From positions 15,190,001 to 15,254,000 of the forward strand of contig NC_088857.1 in NCBI RefSeq assembly GCF_963853765.1: a stretch of 64,000 bases of DNA. The letters are read 5' to 3'. This document shows, piece by piece, positions 47,730 to 60,300 of the stretch. A program made the translations under genes and the position numbers. Within the stretch, counting starts at the first letter, position 1, and each line of letters begins with the position of its first letter. Under the pieces are notes generated by a model. That model was given only the letters and a program-made list of their open reading frames with translations. It ran no database searches and was not told the DNA's origin. The stretch is from Magallana gigas (taxonomy: Eukaryota).

Positions 47730-48530
47730 TATAAGTAAAATATGCAGCGCCGGCGCGAAGCGAGCTCTACCGGCAAGGCGTGTGTGAATAGAAAATTCGG
47801 ACTAATTGCACATTCATTCAACGGATTTTTTTGGCGTCAGTAAATCGGACCAGTAATGCATCGTTTTAATCGTCCCAGTAGTTCCCTGTAATCATGGCAA
47901 TTTTTATCACTTCACACTCTCACGAGAATCAGCAAGACAAATTTAGACAGTAAAAACAATAACGATGTAAGCGACATACAGTCAATGTTACCTCTAAAGT
48001 TCACCTCAGTACACTTTCAATCAAAAATAATCGTGTGACGTCACAAACGTTTACATTGATCCGATATATTTTTTCGGAGTCAGTAAATTTTGACCCACAA
48101 TTCATAGTACCAATGGTTTCCAACCTCACGTTCCAACATCACGTTCTCCCGAGAATCAAAGTAAAACCTTTGAAAAGCTTATAAGATGTGTAATTTTAAG
48201 AACATCATGCTTTTTAAGTAAATAAAACAGTATACTTCGCATACTTTTATTTCTCAGGGAAGTTTTAAAGAGTAAGACGACACTTAACCAACGTCAGCTT
48301 TGACGTCACAATAAGCACTGATAAGGGGAAATTACTCTAATTGAAGTTATTGTAAATCTGCTGAAATGACCAAAATCCTCTCAAAATCTTGCAAAGGCTA
48401 AGATAAAGAACAGCTGACGAATAAGGACATTTCTTCAAATACAGGAAACAGTTGTAAATTCCACTAATTTGGATGAATGCTCACAAATATTTACTTCACT
48501 ATAATTACGGTAATTTCCTGAAACGTAACG
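47730..48530. mobile_element. Probable non-autonomous DNA element(s) with a GC-rich GCGCCGGCGCGAAGCGAGC head
   Basis: GC-rich terminal motif similar to that at 49410-49465 (AGCGAGCGCAGCGAGGCGGCGCGAAGCGCCGC). No coding capacity seen; family and boundaries uncertain. Confidence 0.35.
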
Positions 48531-48540
48531 TTATACGTAG

Positions 48541-48945
48541 CAGCGCCTTTTTTTTAAGGGGGTGGGTGGGTGGATGGCAGCCTCATCCAAAAAATCTTTG
48601 CAAGCAAAAAGAAAAATAAATCATGAAAATTCTAATCCTTCAGCTCTTTAGCAGTTCAATGGTTTCTTTATTTTCACTTCCATTTATTTGATGCGGGGGG
48701 GGGGGGGGGGGGGGGGGGGACAACACCATGTTCTTTTAACATGATAAGCATATATTTTTAAGCGTAAATTAAAAATAAAATTAAACATTAATTGTTTTTT
48801 TTTAAGTGGAGGGGCAAATCCATGGTAAGTCGATTTTCTATGTATAAATTGACAAAAATGAAAAAAAATTAGCATGGGGGAGCTCTATGATGAGTCAAGT
48901 TTTATATGTAAGTTTAAGAAAAAATGTCTACTGCAAAAAAGGGGG
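48541..48945. mobile_element. Element related to the 33747-34160 MITE-like family
   Basis: Shares AATCATGAAAATTCTAATCC and G-run organisation. Confidence 0.45.
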
Positions 48946-49402
48946 AAATCAATCAATCAATCATAATCACAATCACTTTAAAAGAGGAGATGCAGTGCAA
49001 TGAATATTTATATATTAAAATCTTTATTATTTAACAACATTGTATCTGAGATTAAACTATTGTTCTACATATAAATAGATAAATTATAACAAATCTTATA
49101 AACTATGAATTATGAAAATTTACTGAAAAATAGGTATGTTTTATTTTTTGGCATTCAAATTTCACGTTGTTAATTTTATTTTATTAAATTTATTATAATT
49201 CATTGTTTGATCACATGCTGTGCTCGCCCCAACGGTCGCACCGTAAAACATATTATTATCTTGGAAAATATCCCTTTCAACTATTTCAATTGCACTTCTT
49301 TCACAGGTAAGTGTATTTTTATTAAAAATCGTCCAAATGTGCAGCATAAATATCTTGGGACAGACTATAAAAAAAAAAACCGGGCATTTAACAAGCTTTT
49401 GA

Positions 49403-49528
<126 letters not shown>

Positions 49529-50684
49529 TGAGGCCACGTGAAAACGTTCTACTATCCCAGTGATCCTTTCGGTGCATAGCAACATGGTGGAACAGAAAGT
49601 GTTTCTACGTAAATTCATACCTCTACATCGCATACATCATTTTCATTTAACAATAGAAAAAATCCTTCTAAAAACATTACAGTAAACAACACATAAACTT
49701 ACGTAACTGAACTTTTGCTGACATATGACGTCATTTCCTTCTCCGAATTTGTCCGACGAAAACTGTCAAGCGCAAAAGAATGTTAACTATGACGTCACAA
49801 AGATCTCGCGTTTTAATTTCCCGCGATACATTTAGAGGTGGATCAAGCATATGAACTGGATCATGTAGGAAGTACTCAGTATCAGTGTTAACGGTGACTC
49901 TTTGGCTGATTAGTTTTGTTTTGATGATATTTTTTTGCTTAGTAAATACACATGCAAGTTCCATGCTAAATTTATTGTCATATTGATCCAATCATATATG
50001 CATACGTTAGGCAGCTGTTAGGTAGGTGACAAAAAATTATTAAGCAAGAAAAGTCTAATCATTATTAGATCTACGTGCAGCCACGTCATTTTGTAATGAA
50101 TAGATAAATGAAAAGAATTAAACTGTTAAAATATCTACCGGTACATGTATTTGTTATATAGTTGCATATGTGGTCAAATAATATTGGATATCACACACTA
50201 AGAAAGGGGTGAGGGCACATGTCTACAACGCTTATATAGCGTACAAAAATTAAAAAGATTTAAAACAAAATTAATGTCACTGAGGAAAATAATTAAAACA
50301 CGGGTTACAACAAGGAACAAAATGAGAAATAACAAACAAAATTTATCTTTACTGATTTTAATGATCATTATTAAAAGGTAAAGAAAAGATAAAACATAAT
50401 TGTATCTACATAAAAAATACGGCGTTGTGTTTATCAAAATATTTTAATACAATGTAAGTCTGTTTAACATTTTATTAATGCTCAGTGGTAGTTTGTTTAA
50501 GTGTATAAGACTAGGAAGGGGCCATTGGAATAAAAGTTTGATAATTTCGGGTTCCTTGCGGTGGTAAAAGTTTTCGAGACAAAGCCAAAGTTTTTTGGTT
50601 AGGGCAAGTCCACGGGTTGCATTTAACAATGATGACAGATGTGTGGTTCCTTCTGCGCTCGCCCCAACGGTCACACCGTAAAAC

Positions 50685-51070
50685 ATATTAATGATGTCAA
50701 AGTTAATATAAGTACCGGGAGTACTTTTCCCATGATTAAATATAGAATGTCAAAATATTGTTTTAATTTCTACACAATTCCTTGCCGTAAAATACGGAAA
50801 AAAGATTCATCAAATCAATAATGACGTCATAATGGTTCTAGCACCAAAAAGACAGTCTGGAATCATTAACTTTTTAGATATTGACCTTAAGGTCAAGATC
50901 TAGTAAATGATTCTAGACTGTCTTTTTTGTGCTAGAACCATTATGACATCATGCATAATTCTTTAAATTTAAAGGAATAATGAAGAAAATAAAACAATAT
51001 TTTGACATTCTATATTTAATCACCGGAAAAATAAGTCCGTTACCTATATTCAATTTGACTTCATTTTTAA
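50685..51070. mobile_element. ~380-bp foldback (palindromic) element
   Basis: Centre TTGACCTTAAGGTCAA (50881-50896). Inner arms ATGACGTCATAATGGTTCTAGCACCAAAAAGACAGTCT and outer arms TGATTAAATATAGAATGTCAAAATATTGTTTTA each have a reverse-complement partner. Confidence 0.85.
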
Positions 51071-51356
51071 GAGGAGGACAAGAGCTTGTTTAATGTCGTT
51101 TTTGGAGAGGCTGTAGGCAATCTAGATGTATTTCATTGGTCAAAAATGGACAAAACTCCGAGATTTGTTACTTTTACCCTTCATATTTCATAGAAAATGG
51201 TTGTTTAAAACATGATTTTTCACTGTGTTTACCAAATATTTTAGCTCTTGAACACCCTATGAAACAAAGATATTGTTATGATGCATCATTAAAAGAATTT
51301 ATATCTTAGATTTCATAAACCTGTAGGCACCTTTAATTTACTAGATCTTGCCCTAG

Positions 51357-51503
51357 GCGCTTTCCATTAACGTTGCTCGCCGGCTTAATCGGCAACGGTT
51401 TATTGCGTTGCCAAAATCGCTCGCCGGCGACGCGCGTTCCAGCATCCGGCGACGAATTAGGCAACACCGGCAAATCCGGCGATGCCGGTTATATGGAAAG
51501 CAC
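51357..51503. mobile_element. Short GC-rich MITE with ~15-bp TIRs
   Basis: Left GCGCTTTCCATTAAC; right GTTATATGGAAAGCAC (reverse complement GTGCTTTCCATATAAC). Internal CCGGC repeats. Confidence 0.6.
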
Positions 51504-52226
51504 ACTTAACCTTAGGATAAAATAGGATTTTTAAATGGTATAATTCACTTTTGCAGACAAGGCAAGAAGTTTTTAAAAAATGTAAATATAAGCATTAAAC
51601 CATTATTTCTTCAAAGATAATTATAGTCTCATAGCTAACGCGCGTTTATCAATTGGTATGAACACACCACTGCAGTTATGAGACTGTAACTTAAAAATCA
51701 AAGGCCGGAACGGCCACAAAGGCGTCGAGCTGACATTTTCTTTTATATAGAATATATATGATATCAATAATTTGAATTTCTTCAGGGCCAGTTCTCTTCT
51801 ATATAATTATAGTCGTATATCAAATAATACTAGAATAAAAAAGCAAATTAATTATGTTTTGTGTTGCTTTTAAAAAAAAAATCAGTATATTTCCTTATAA
51901 AATAGGTAGTGATGCGTTTATATAATACAATAACTTATCATGGATACAAAAATCAAAGAAATATCAAAGTTCAAAAAAAAATATTTCTCTTTCTGCTTTA
52001 AACAGTCTTTAAACAATTTTCACAGGTTCATAATTTGAATAATTAACAGTGTGTGTCCCCAATTATAATGATAAAACATACTTTTATTTATATCAATTCC
52101 CGTTTGAAACATGATTACCTATGGTATGATTGTTTACAAACAAATCCACAACACGTGCTATCTAAAATGCTCGACCAAAACAACTGCATTATCGTGTTTT
52201 CTTATTGCAACAAAATCACTAGATAC

Positions 52227-52335
52227 GTTTATCGCTTACATTTATTTTGGAGACCGTGCCCGATAAAAAATAAATTTACATATCAAATTTTATTTCTATC
52301 GGGCACGGTCTCAAATTAAAATTTAAGCGATAAAC
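52227..52335. repeat. ~110-bp palindromic element
   Basis: GTTTATCGCTTA...GAGACCGTGCCCGATA / TATCGGGCACGGTCTC...TAAGCGATAAAC. Confidence 0.85.
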
Positions 52336-53237
52336 TAAATTACTATTTAGTAAATGTTTACACCTTATTGTATTCATCCGCCATTTCTTGATTAAGCAAA
52401 TTTATACTTATACAATCAGTTGTCATTAACCAGGGAGGCAAAGATGGGTTTTTTTGTACACAATTTAGTTGAATAAATGGAATAAAAATCTTGTAATACG
52501 TTTGATACTTAAAGGAACTTTATTTCTTATGCGCATTTAAAAGGCGGTGCAGAGCATGAATATTGGACGATTGCCAATCCAGACGATCGCTAGAAGGCTG
52601 CCGAGCATTAGCTCGACGCTTTAAAAAATAATGATTCTATGCATAATTAAGTGCGACGTCACAAATGAGAATGTGGCTGTTACAGTGGATCTTCCATTAA
52701 TTTAACCTTACCTACACGATAACACAGGGATTTTGAGGTAACGCGAGGTACCGGTATTCAATTTGTTTGCACGACCTGACGTGTAACTTATGGGACCGCC
52801 GATTTCCAAAAAAAAGCATTCAATTGATTGGTACGTGACCATATATCATGCAGCCCTTTGGGCTTCACAGGATTGAATCATGTGACCAACTAAGTTCAAA
52901 TCCCGGTTAACATTTAACCTTGTTTATTTCTTAATGGGCAATGTCATTTCGAAATGTTTGATTCTACCGGTAATTGCATTTCTATTTTTCAATTGTAAAA
53001 ATTAAAACCATTACAATTTTTATCCTGCAACTACCCCATGCATTGACCGAATAAAGGTAACCCAATAAACCAAAGCCCCAATATAGCCTTATGCATATAA
53101 TTGACTTTCAGATGCATTGTGGCGTCATCTTTCTTGCTTCGTTTACGCCATGGCGTCATGGTTTCAACTGCAGATATGCAGCGAAATTTGTCGAATAAAG
53201 CTCATTTGTGGCGCAAAATATGATATTATATTCCAGG

Positions 53238-53366
53238 ATAAATAAAAACATGATAATTGTCTTGAAATATAAGCGATATTTGGGCTCGGGTAGAAAACGT
53301 TTTCTTACCCTCGCCCAAATATAGCTTATATTTCCAGACAGTATTAACCATGTATTTTTTATTTAT
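53238..53366. repeat. ~130-bp palindromic element
   Basis: Centre AAAACGTTTT; arms GAAATATAAGCGATATTTGGGC / GCCCAAATATAGCTTATATTTC. Confidence 0.85.
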
Positions 53367-53859
53367 GAATGCCATAATGATGAGAAAAATTTGTAATTAT
53401 TTCAAGATTAAAAAAATATATGAAGAGAATACACTTTAATCATCGATACGAAATTGTCTCACGATTTCTATGCATGTAATCTTAGAATCTTCGTCTACGA
53501 TTATTTTTGTCTTGCTTCCACGACCCTTATATCTGCCGACAAAAGACTGACAAACTATTTTATAACAGTTCTTTTCCTCATGTATCATTTATTTACATTC
53601 CTTATATGGAACTGTACAACAACAAAATTACATAAAAGCTCACATACACACAGTTTGAAAATATTGAACAATTGATGGAACAAACATTCCTTGGAACTTC
53701 GATGTACGAAAACAAAATTAAAAGCACACATATACACAGTTTGGAAATATTGAACAATTTATCAATCATCATATTATGTGTACAAACTTGTTGATACCCG
53801 TATTTATAAACAACCTTCGAATGAACTAATCAAGTATGATAAAAATGGCGTCCCCACAG

Positions 53860-53961
53860 CAATGTCGCTTTAACGTCATCATGCCAATGTCTTTTCTAAC
53901 GTCATTATGCCGGTGTTTTTTTCTGATGTCTTCATGCCAATGTCTTTTTGACGTCATCATT
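53860..53961. repeat. Degenerate 24-27-bp minisatellite, 4 units, overlapping a stop codon
   Basis: Units similar to GCCAATGTCTTTTTGACGTCATCAT. Confidence 0.75.
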
Positions 53962-54470
53962 AGTGCTGGAAGTGGACCGTAACCTCTGAAGGTCATCCAG
54001 TCTGCTGTGTCTGTAGGCGCCAGGGTGGGTCTTTCTGTAGATCCAGTACATGGTCAGCCCTGCCCCTACCACGGCGAAAAACACCCCTAAGATTACCACC
54101 CCCACAAACAAGGCCAGCTGTTTCTCCTCTTCTATATCTACAGTATATAACACACATCGTTCAGGTTGAGAAACAATTATATAGTATTGACGACAAAGAC
54201 AACGACAATGATAGCATGCTATTATGATATCAGGAAAATTCATTAAATCAGTGCACCATTTCAAAAATCATTATTTTTGGATATCTAGAGTTACAGCTCT
54301 TTGCATTGTTGTAAACTAATGGTTTTACATGGCTTATTTTTGTTTACCTTCAATGAGAGTTTGGTCCCTCTTTATAAATTCGTTGCTCGGGATGTTGCTA
54401 GGCGTGGCCATTTTATTGCCCACCTGTCCAGCAAAAGAGAGAGAATTTTTTCATTATTTGTAAAAAGGCA

Positions 54471-54560
<90 letters not shown>

Positions 54561-54686
54561 TGTGTGAAAGTATATGTGTATGCGTTTTCTCTCTGTGTGA
54601 TTCATAATGTGCACACAGAGCGATTCACACTGTATCTGGGGTTAGGAATTGTTGTATCTGTGATCTCTTCAGCATGGTTACCGTCA
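53932..54686 (-). CDS. 3' exons of an unidentified single-pass type I membrane protein
   Basis: Exon 54137-53932 (acceptor CTGTAG, phase 1) encodes IEEEKQ-LALFVGVVILGVFFAVVGAGLTMYWIY-RKTHPGAYRHSRLDD..., i.e. a TM helix followed by a basic stop-transfer. Candidate preceding exon 54686-54631 (DGNHAEEITDTTIPNPRY) has a weak donor. Upstream exons unresolved. Confidence 0.6.
54477..54558. repeat. (GA)n microsatellite (a second tract at 54761-54806)
   Basis: Direct reading. Confidence 0.98.
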
Positions 54687-54757
54687 CTATGTATACACAG
54701 TGCATGAACTTGTATACTGTAGATAATTTTAGCTGGAATATTTATCTCTCGGTTTAC

Positions 54758-54810
<53 letters not shown>

Positions 54811-57356
54811 ACAACCGTACTGTATATATGTCAAATTTGGACCGGTCAATATCTTTATATCTTTTTAAACTAATATATTGCTCATTCAAAGACTGCTAGG
54901 CTGTAGACCAGAATACATTCCGATTATGTAGGTTAGTACTAAACATACATATTATTGACCTGCTGCTAAAACCTGGGCATTCAATCACCTCTAGCCACAA
55001 CCATCTAATTTTTTTAGCTATACGCTCCAAAGAATTTTTTGTGTGCTCGTAATAAAGACATTTCCAAACGAATTCTTGAAATGAACGGTAAAATGCACAT
55101 ATTCTGCACCTGTTGAAGGGCAAATTGAAAAAGATGTCAAATGTTCGCTATCAGTGATCAATTTTGTGAAAGATTTCGAATGATAATTAATAGTTACCAA
55201 TTACTTATAAATCATACCAGGGTCATTATAATGTATTTTAGATTTTTTCGATTGTTCTTTGATACAAGCACTATATAACGCGTACGGTATTTCAGTTCAC
55301 GAATTCACAACTCCATAACTTTTTATAAACACCGTCTGAACTAGCGTAAGATACAATTAAAACAACGCATGTCACCAATGTGTTTCTATATACAATATAT
55401 ACAGGCATGTATACTTACACTGAAATGCATGATTAAGGATCTTGCTCAAGGAATCATATCATACTAATAAAACACCAACAATCCACTAAAACGTAATCGA
55501 ACTGAAATTCATGCTGCGGTATGCTCGTGGAGTTTATGACCCAAATATAGCTACACTTGGTTTACAAAAAGGAGCTAAATTATCGTTCTAACAAGGACTG
55601 ACCCCAGATCAGATATCTTAAGTATTCCTCTTGTGTTATCTCTGACAGGTTTATATTTACACCGGCCATGTCTGCGATGTCCCAGACACAGTGTGTGGCG
55701 GATCACGGACCCCCCCCCCCCCTTCCCCCCGCCCCAACTATCCTAAATCATTGAACAACAGCTATTCGTCATTTCCGGACATTATATATATAATTAAATA
55801 AAGAGGCATGTCTGAAAGCACGCCAGACATATACATGTAAGTTAGGTGCACTTAATTGAATTCACAGCATATTCAAAGTTAAAAAATAGCGCGTTTTTTT
55901 TCTAAAGTATGGTGCGATACTGGAATTATTTTAATAAATATGCTGATAAATTAATGATATAAACACTACTGAAAGGTTTCGATGTTGGTTCATATTTTTG
56001 AAGAGGGTACATCAATTTGGTGAAAGCGCCTGGTTGTGTTCTTTAATTGGTACATCTATTTAATTACATGTTTATATATTAAAAGTAGGTGAGAGTTTTG
56101 AATTTCTAGAACTTAACGCATATCAGTATGAAACATAGTAAAATTCTCCATAGAAATGGCGAAGATGGAAAGATGTTTCTGTTGTTCTTCAGTGTTAATT
56201 GTTTAAAATTGAAATAAGAGTTACTATTTATTATTCTAAGCACACAATGCCAACATATTCTGTGGAGAACAAATTCTATAATTGATTTTCTTATGCGAGA
56301 TTGGGTATATCCTTCGTCAGACAGCAAGGGTCGATCATTACGTAATAATTGAATCTTTTTACTACTCCGCACACGTGTAAAAATGTTTACTCATCACCAG
56401 GCAGTAATGTCTGGTTTAAAATGAATATCTAGTGCTTTGAATTGTTAAATAAGCATACCATAACATAAGGAGGCAAGAGTCCATGGGTTAGATAATTTTT
56501 CCGTTGTGTACAACAGCACACGTTTTTTTCTTTTTCTCGTCTATATGTACGGGGTTGACTGGGACTTTGCATACTACTATATCTTATGCAAATGTATTTA
56601 TAAATTAAAAACAAATAATGACTGATAAAGCGGCATGCCTAATCATGATGAAAAGTGAAGCAGTATGAAAAAAATGTAATTTCAGGAATGACATAATCAC
56701 GAGAATTTGTCTTGTGAGAATCACACACAGTGACTTATTGAGATTAAAACAAATCAAACAGAAGAATATGTGGTAAGGAAATACATCATGTTCCATCGTA
56801 AGGCATCCAGCCGCTATATAAACGTATGTGTAACTGTTTAAACCGAAACAATTTCAACACAAACTCTACTCACGTACCTGTACCGCTGGATCAGTGTTGA
56901 GTATAATGAATGCAGCTCAAATCGTTCACTCAACGGCTACTGACTATGACGTCATTGTCAAATGAAAAGATTTCCCGAAAGATGTCTGTTTATTTTTAAA
57001 ACTGAGATTTTCCCCTTACTCGGTGACTTCTTTATGGGTGACATTGACAAAAAGGTTGTGATATTTATTTATTTGCCGTTTTATTTTCACTTCAAAACTA
57101 CATATACATGCATAATCATATGCATTTGCGCAGTTTAGACGATTAAGAAGTCTACATTAATAAAGCATCAATTTCGTAAACATGTACATGTAAGTATATA
57201 CATGTATGTGTAAACAAAAGAAAACTTTCCGATCCGCCACTGATTACGGAAATGTTCAGGATCTTACATTATTTGGACATCCTGCATCCTTTCTATATTG
57301 TGAGTAAGGTCACATTAAAATGACAACCGTTAGAAATAGGACAAGATTCTTATAAA

Positions 57357-60300
57357 ATGGACCGATTTTTGTTCATAGGCTGTGTTTTTATTTTTTTCAT
57401 TAGTTTATATTCTGCAGGTAAGATTATTTTGGTGTTACGATTTGAATACTATTAAGTAGGCTACAAGTTCGTTACTACAAGTAATATAATGACACTCAAA
57501 ACAAACTGTAGGAAACAGCTGTTTATTTACATGTTTGTGTTTCGGTGGTCAGTCTTTTTTTACAAATGAATTTTTGATCGTTATTTGAGATTAAAAATGA
57601 ACGAGGAAAAAAAACCATGGAGAAAATATTAATGAAACGTTTAGAAAATAATAATATGACGTTAAATAATCATAAACGTTATAGATATGGTGCGGAGTTT
57701 TATAATTTTATTTCATTCAGAAATGCAGATTTATTTTATTTTGGTTGTCAGTATCAATGTCTTTACATAAAATCTCATTTTCCATTATGACACCATTTGT
57801 ACACATTGTTTAGATTTTCTTACAGTTTAGCCTTAAGTATAACAACCTTGAGAAATTTACAGGTTTTAATATAGTAACCCTACATGTATAAACTGAATGT
57901 CTCGGTATGTGTGTAGTAATGAGTATAACTACTTAAAAATCACCTCATTAAGAAATTGATAATTTAAGGTTAATTTTCCGCAATTACAACCAGTGCCTTC
58001 CATAATTCTTTTTTTTCTGACACTATGGGTATATTGTTTATAGACGTAATTGTTCTTACGTATTATCTCATATATATTTAAGAAATAAACAACGTTATTT
58101 AGTGAACATGGCGTTATGAATAGCAATTGCTCTGTTGGCATATTCCATGATGCGCGCTAGCGCATCATGGAAAATATGCCAGCAGAGCAGTTGCTATTCA
58201 TAACGCCATGTTCACTAAATAATCGTTGTTTATTACTTATATTTGCATTTTACCACTCGCAAATACCCTGTATTAGCCTAGACCTTGACATTTAGCTATT
58301 ACATCAAAAGTAAACATTCAGACTGTAATGTATCTTTTTAATTCACATAGATTTGTTAACAGAATCAATGATATGTTATAACAGTAATTCCTTTAAATTG
58401 TTATCAAAAACATGTTTTAATATTACATGTCAATGCGTCAATTTTAATGGAGATGGAGAAAAACACATGATGTATCGTATAGTGGTATAAATCTATAACG
58501 TCATGGAAAAGTATATATAACGTTACACTTTTATGACGTCATAGTATACTGACAGAGCAATTGCGATTATAGAGATATAATTGCAGCTCCTCCGTATGGG
58601 CTTACAGTGGGAAAGAACAATGGAAATGCAAATATACTTCTGTGAATTGTAAGGTCGCAATATTACGTGTGTTCCTCATGAACGTACATGTACCATTACA
58701 TTGTTTGAGAAAATAACTGGACTTGAACTGTTTGTACTTTGTTTTAGCTAACTGCTTGTGCTCTGTTTTATCTAACTGCTTGTACTTTGTTGTAGCTAAC
58801 TGCTTGTCCTATATTTTAGCTAACTTTTTGTACTCTGTTTTAGCTAATTCTTTGTTCTTTGTTTTAGCTAACTGTTTGCACTCTGATTTAGCTAACTGCT
58901 TGTACTAAGTTTTAGCTAGCTGCTTGTACTTATTTTAGCTAATTGTTTTAGCCGACTGCTTGTACTCTGTTTTCACAAATTGCTTGCACTTTGTTTAGCT
59001 TACTGCTTGTACTCTTTTAGGTAACTGCCTGTACTCTGTTTTAGCTAACTGATTCTTATCTGTTTTAGCGCATTCTTAGTACTCTGTTTTAGCTAACTGC
59101 CCGTTCTCTGTTTTAGCTAACTGCTTGTTCTCTGTTTTAGCTAACTGCTTGTACTTCTGTTTTAGGGCAGACAACGAGCGTCATTACCTCGGATAACTTC
59201 CCCGCCAACTACCCGCCATCATCCAACACAGTGTACCGGTTCGATGTTCCGGACTCGGACAGAGTTTTAGTCACCTTCACCAATTTCTCAATTCAATTCA
59301 GCTTCAACTGCGTTTTAGACGCGTTAGAAGTAAGGAAAAAATCTGAAAAAATGAAATTGTTATTGATATCTGCTGTTAATAAGATTATTAAAATAATAAA
59401 AGACAAACTCTTGTTGAAAAAATGTTAACAAACTTTAATATTTCAGTAGCTGAAAAATGCCTGCTTTGGCATCTTCGCTAGACAAGTGTCCAATCCGCGC
59501 CAGACCTTCATTAGAAAGGGGATATGAAACGGATACTTGGCTGGCAAAGATGCATTCTGTTTTATATATACTACACGTTAATTTGAAAATCTTCGTCAGT
59601 GACGTCTATGAACAGGTCATTTAGTTAATGTATATCAACTTTTGCTAAGGTCTCGCATCTCTACATAACTTATCGATTTATTGCCAGGTGTTCTACAGAT
59701 ACGAAGAGAGCTATAAATTCTTGACAAAGTATTGCGGAACATGGGATCCGTTCTCGGTTGTCATTTTATCTTCAAAAGGCGCGTTCAGGATGATATCAGA
59801 TTCTTCATACGAAAGTAAAGGGTTTCGTGCCGAATTCTCAGCGATCAAAGAAGGTGCGTTTTCATTCAGTAAACCCTTTTAATAACCCCATTTGATATGC
59901 ATGCTATTTAATTGTAAAAATATAAATAAATTACATTTGTTAAATCAAAAACAATCTTTTCCTTTGGTAATTAACCCTTCCTTTCATATCTTGCACTTCT
60001 ATTTTCTTCAGATTATGACAAAACAGTTAATAATACAGAAGGCAAGGTTTCGTCTCCTCGTTACCATGGTGAATACCCTAACAACGCCGATCACTACATA
60101 ACCATATTAAACCAGAAGGGCTCGCGAATAGTTCTCCAGTTCCTTCTCTTCGATGTTCATTCAAGTGATTTTTTGGAGGTATCCATCTTTTCTTTTTAAA
60201 GATTAGAATTATCATCATCTGCCAACAGATGATTCTTTCTAGTTTGTATCAACTGCAATGAACGAATACAAACGTACATGAAATATATTCACAGATACAA

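Noticed and set aside
52860-52910. tRNA or tRNA-derived SINE suggested by GTTCAAATCCCGG (B-box-like)
   Set aside because: No A box or cloverleaf could be built.
53641-53759. 33-bp direct repeat with 86-bp period
   Set aside because: Ordinary small local duplication with no evident function.
55560-55680. Further minus-strand exon (HGRCKYKPVRDNTRGILKISDL) of the membrane-protein gene
   Set aside because: Donor and phase fit, but the acceptor lacks a pyrimidine tract and abuts a repeat; insufficient support.
57252-57303. Alternative first coding exon MFRILHYLDILHPFYIV for the CUB receptor
   Set aside because: Phase-compatible, but a poor signal peptide compared with 57357-57417, which has a clear hydrophobic core and a CAG|GTAAGA donor.
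58723-58908. Track ORF (ANCLYSVL)n as a standalone gene
   Set aside because: It is the translation of the minisatellite, starts at TTG and ends within the array.
58724-59165. CRISPR-like appearance of the 24-bp repeat array
   Set aside because: Units are contiguous with no unique spacers, there are no cas genes, and the context is a eukaryotic intron.
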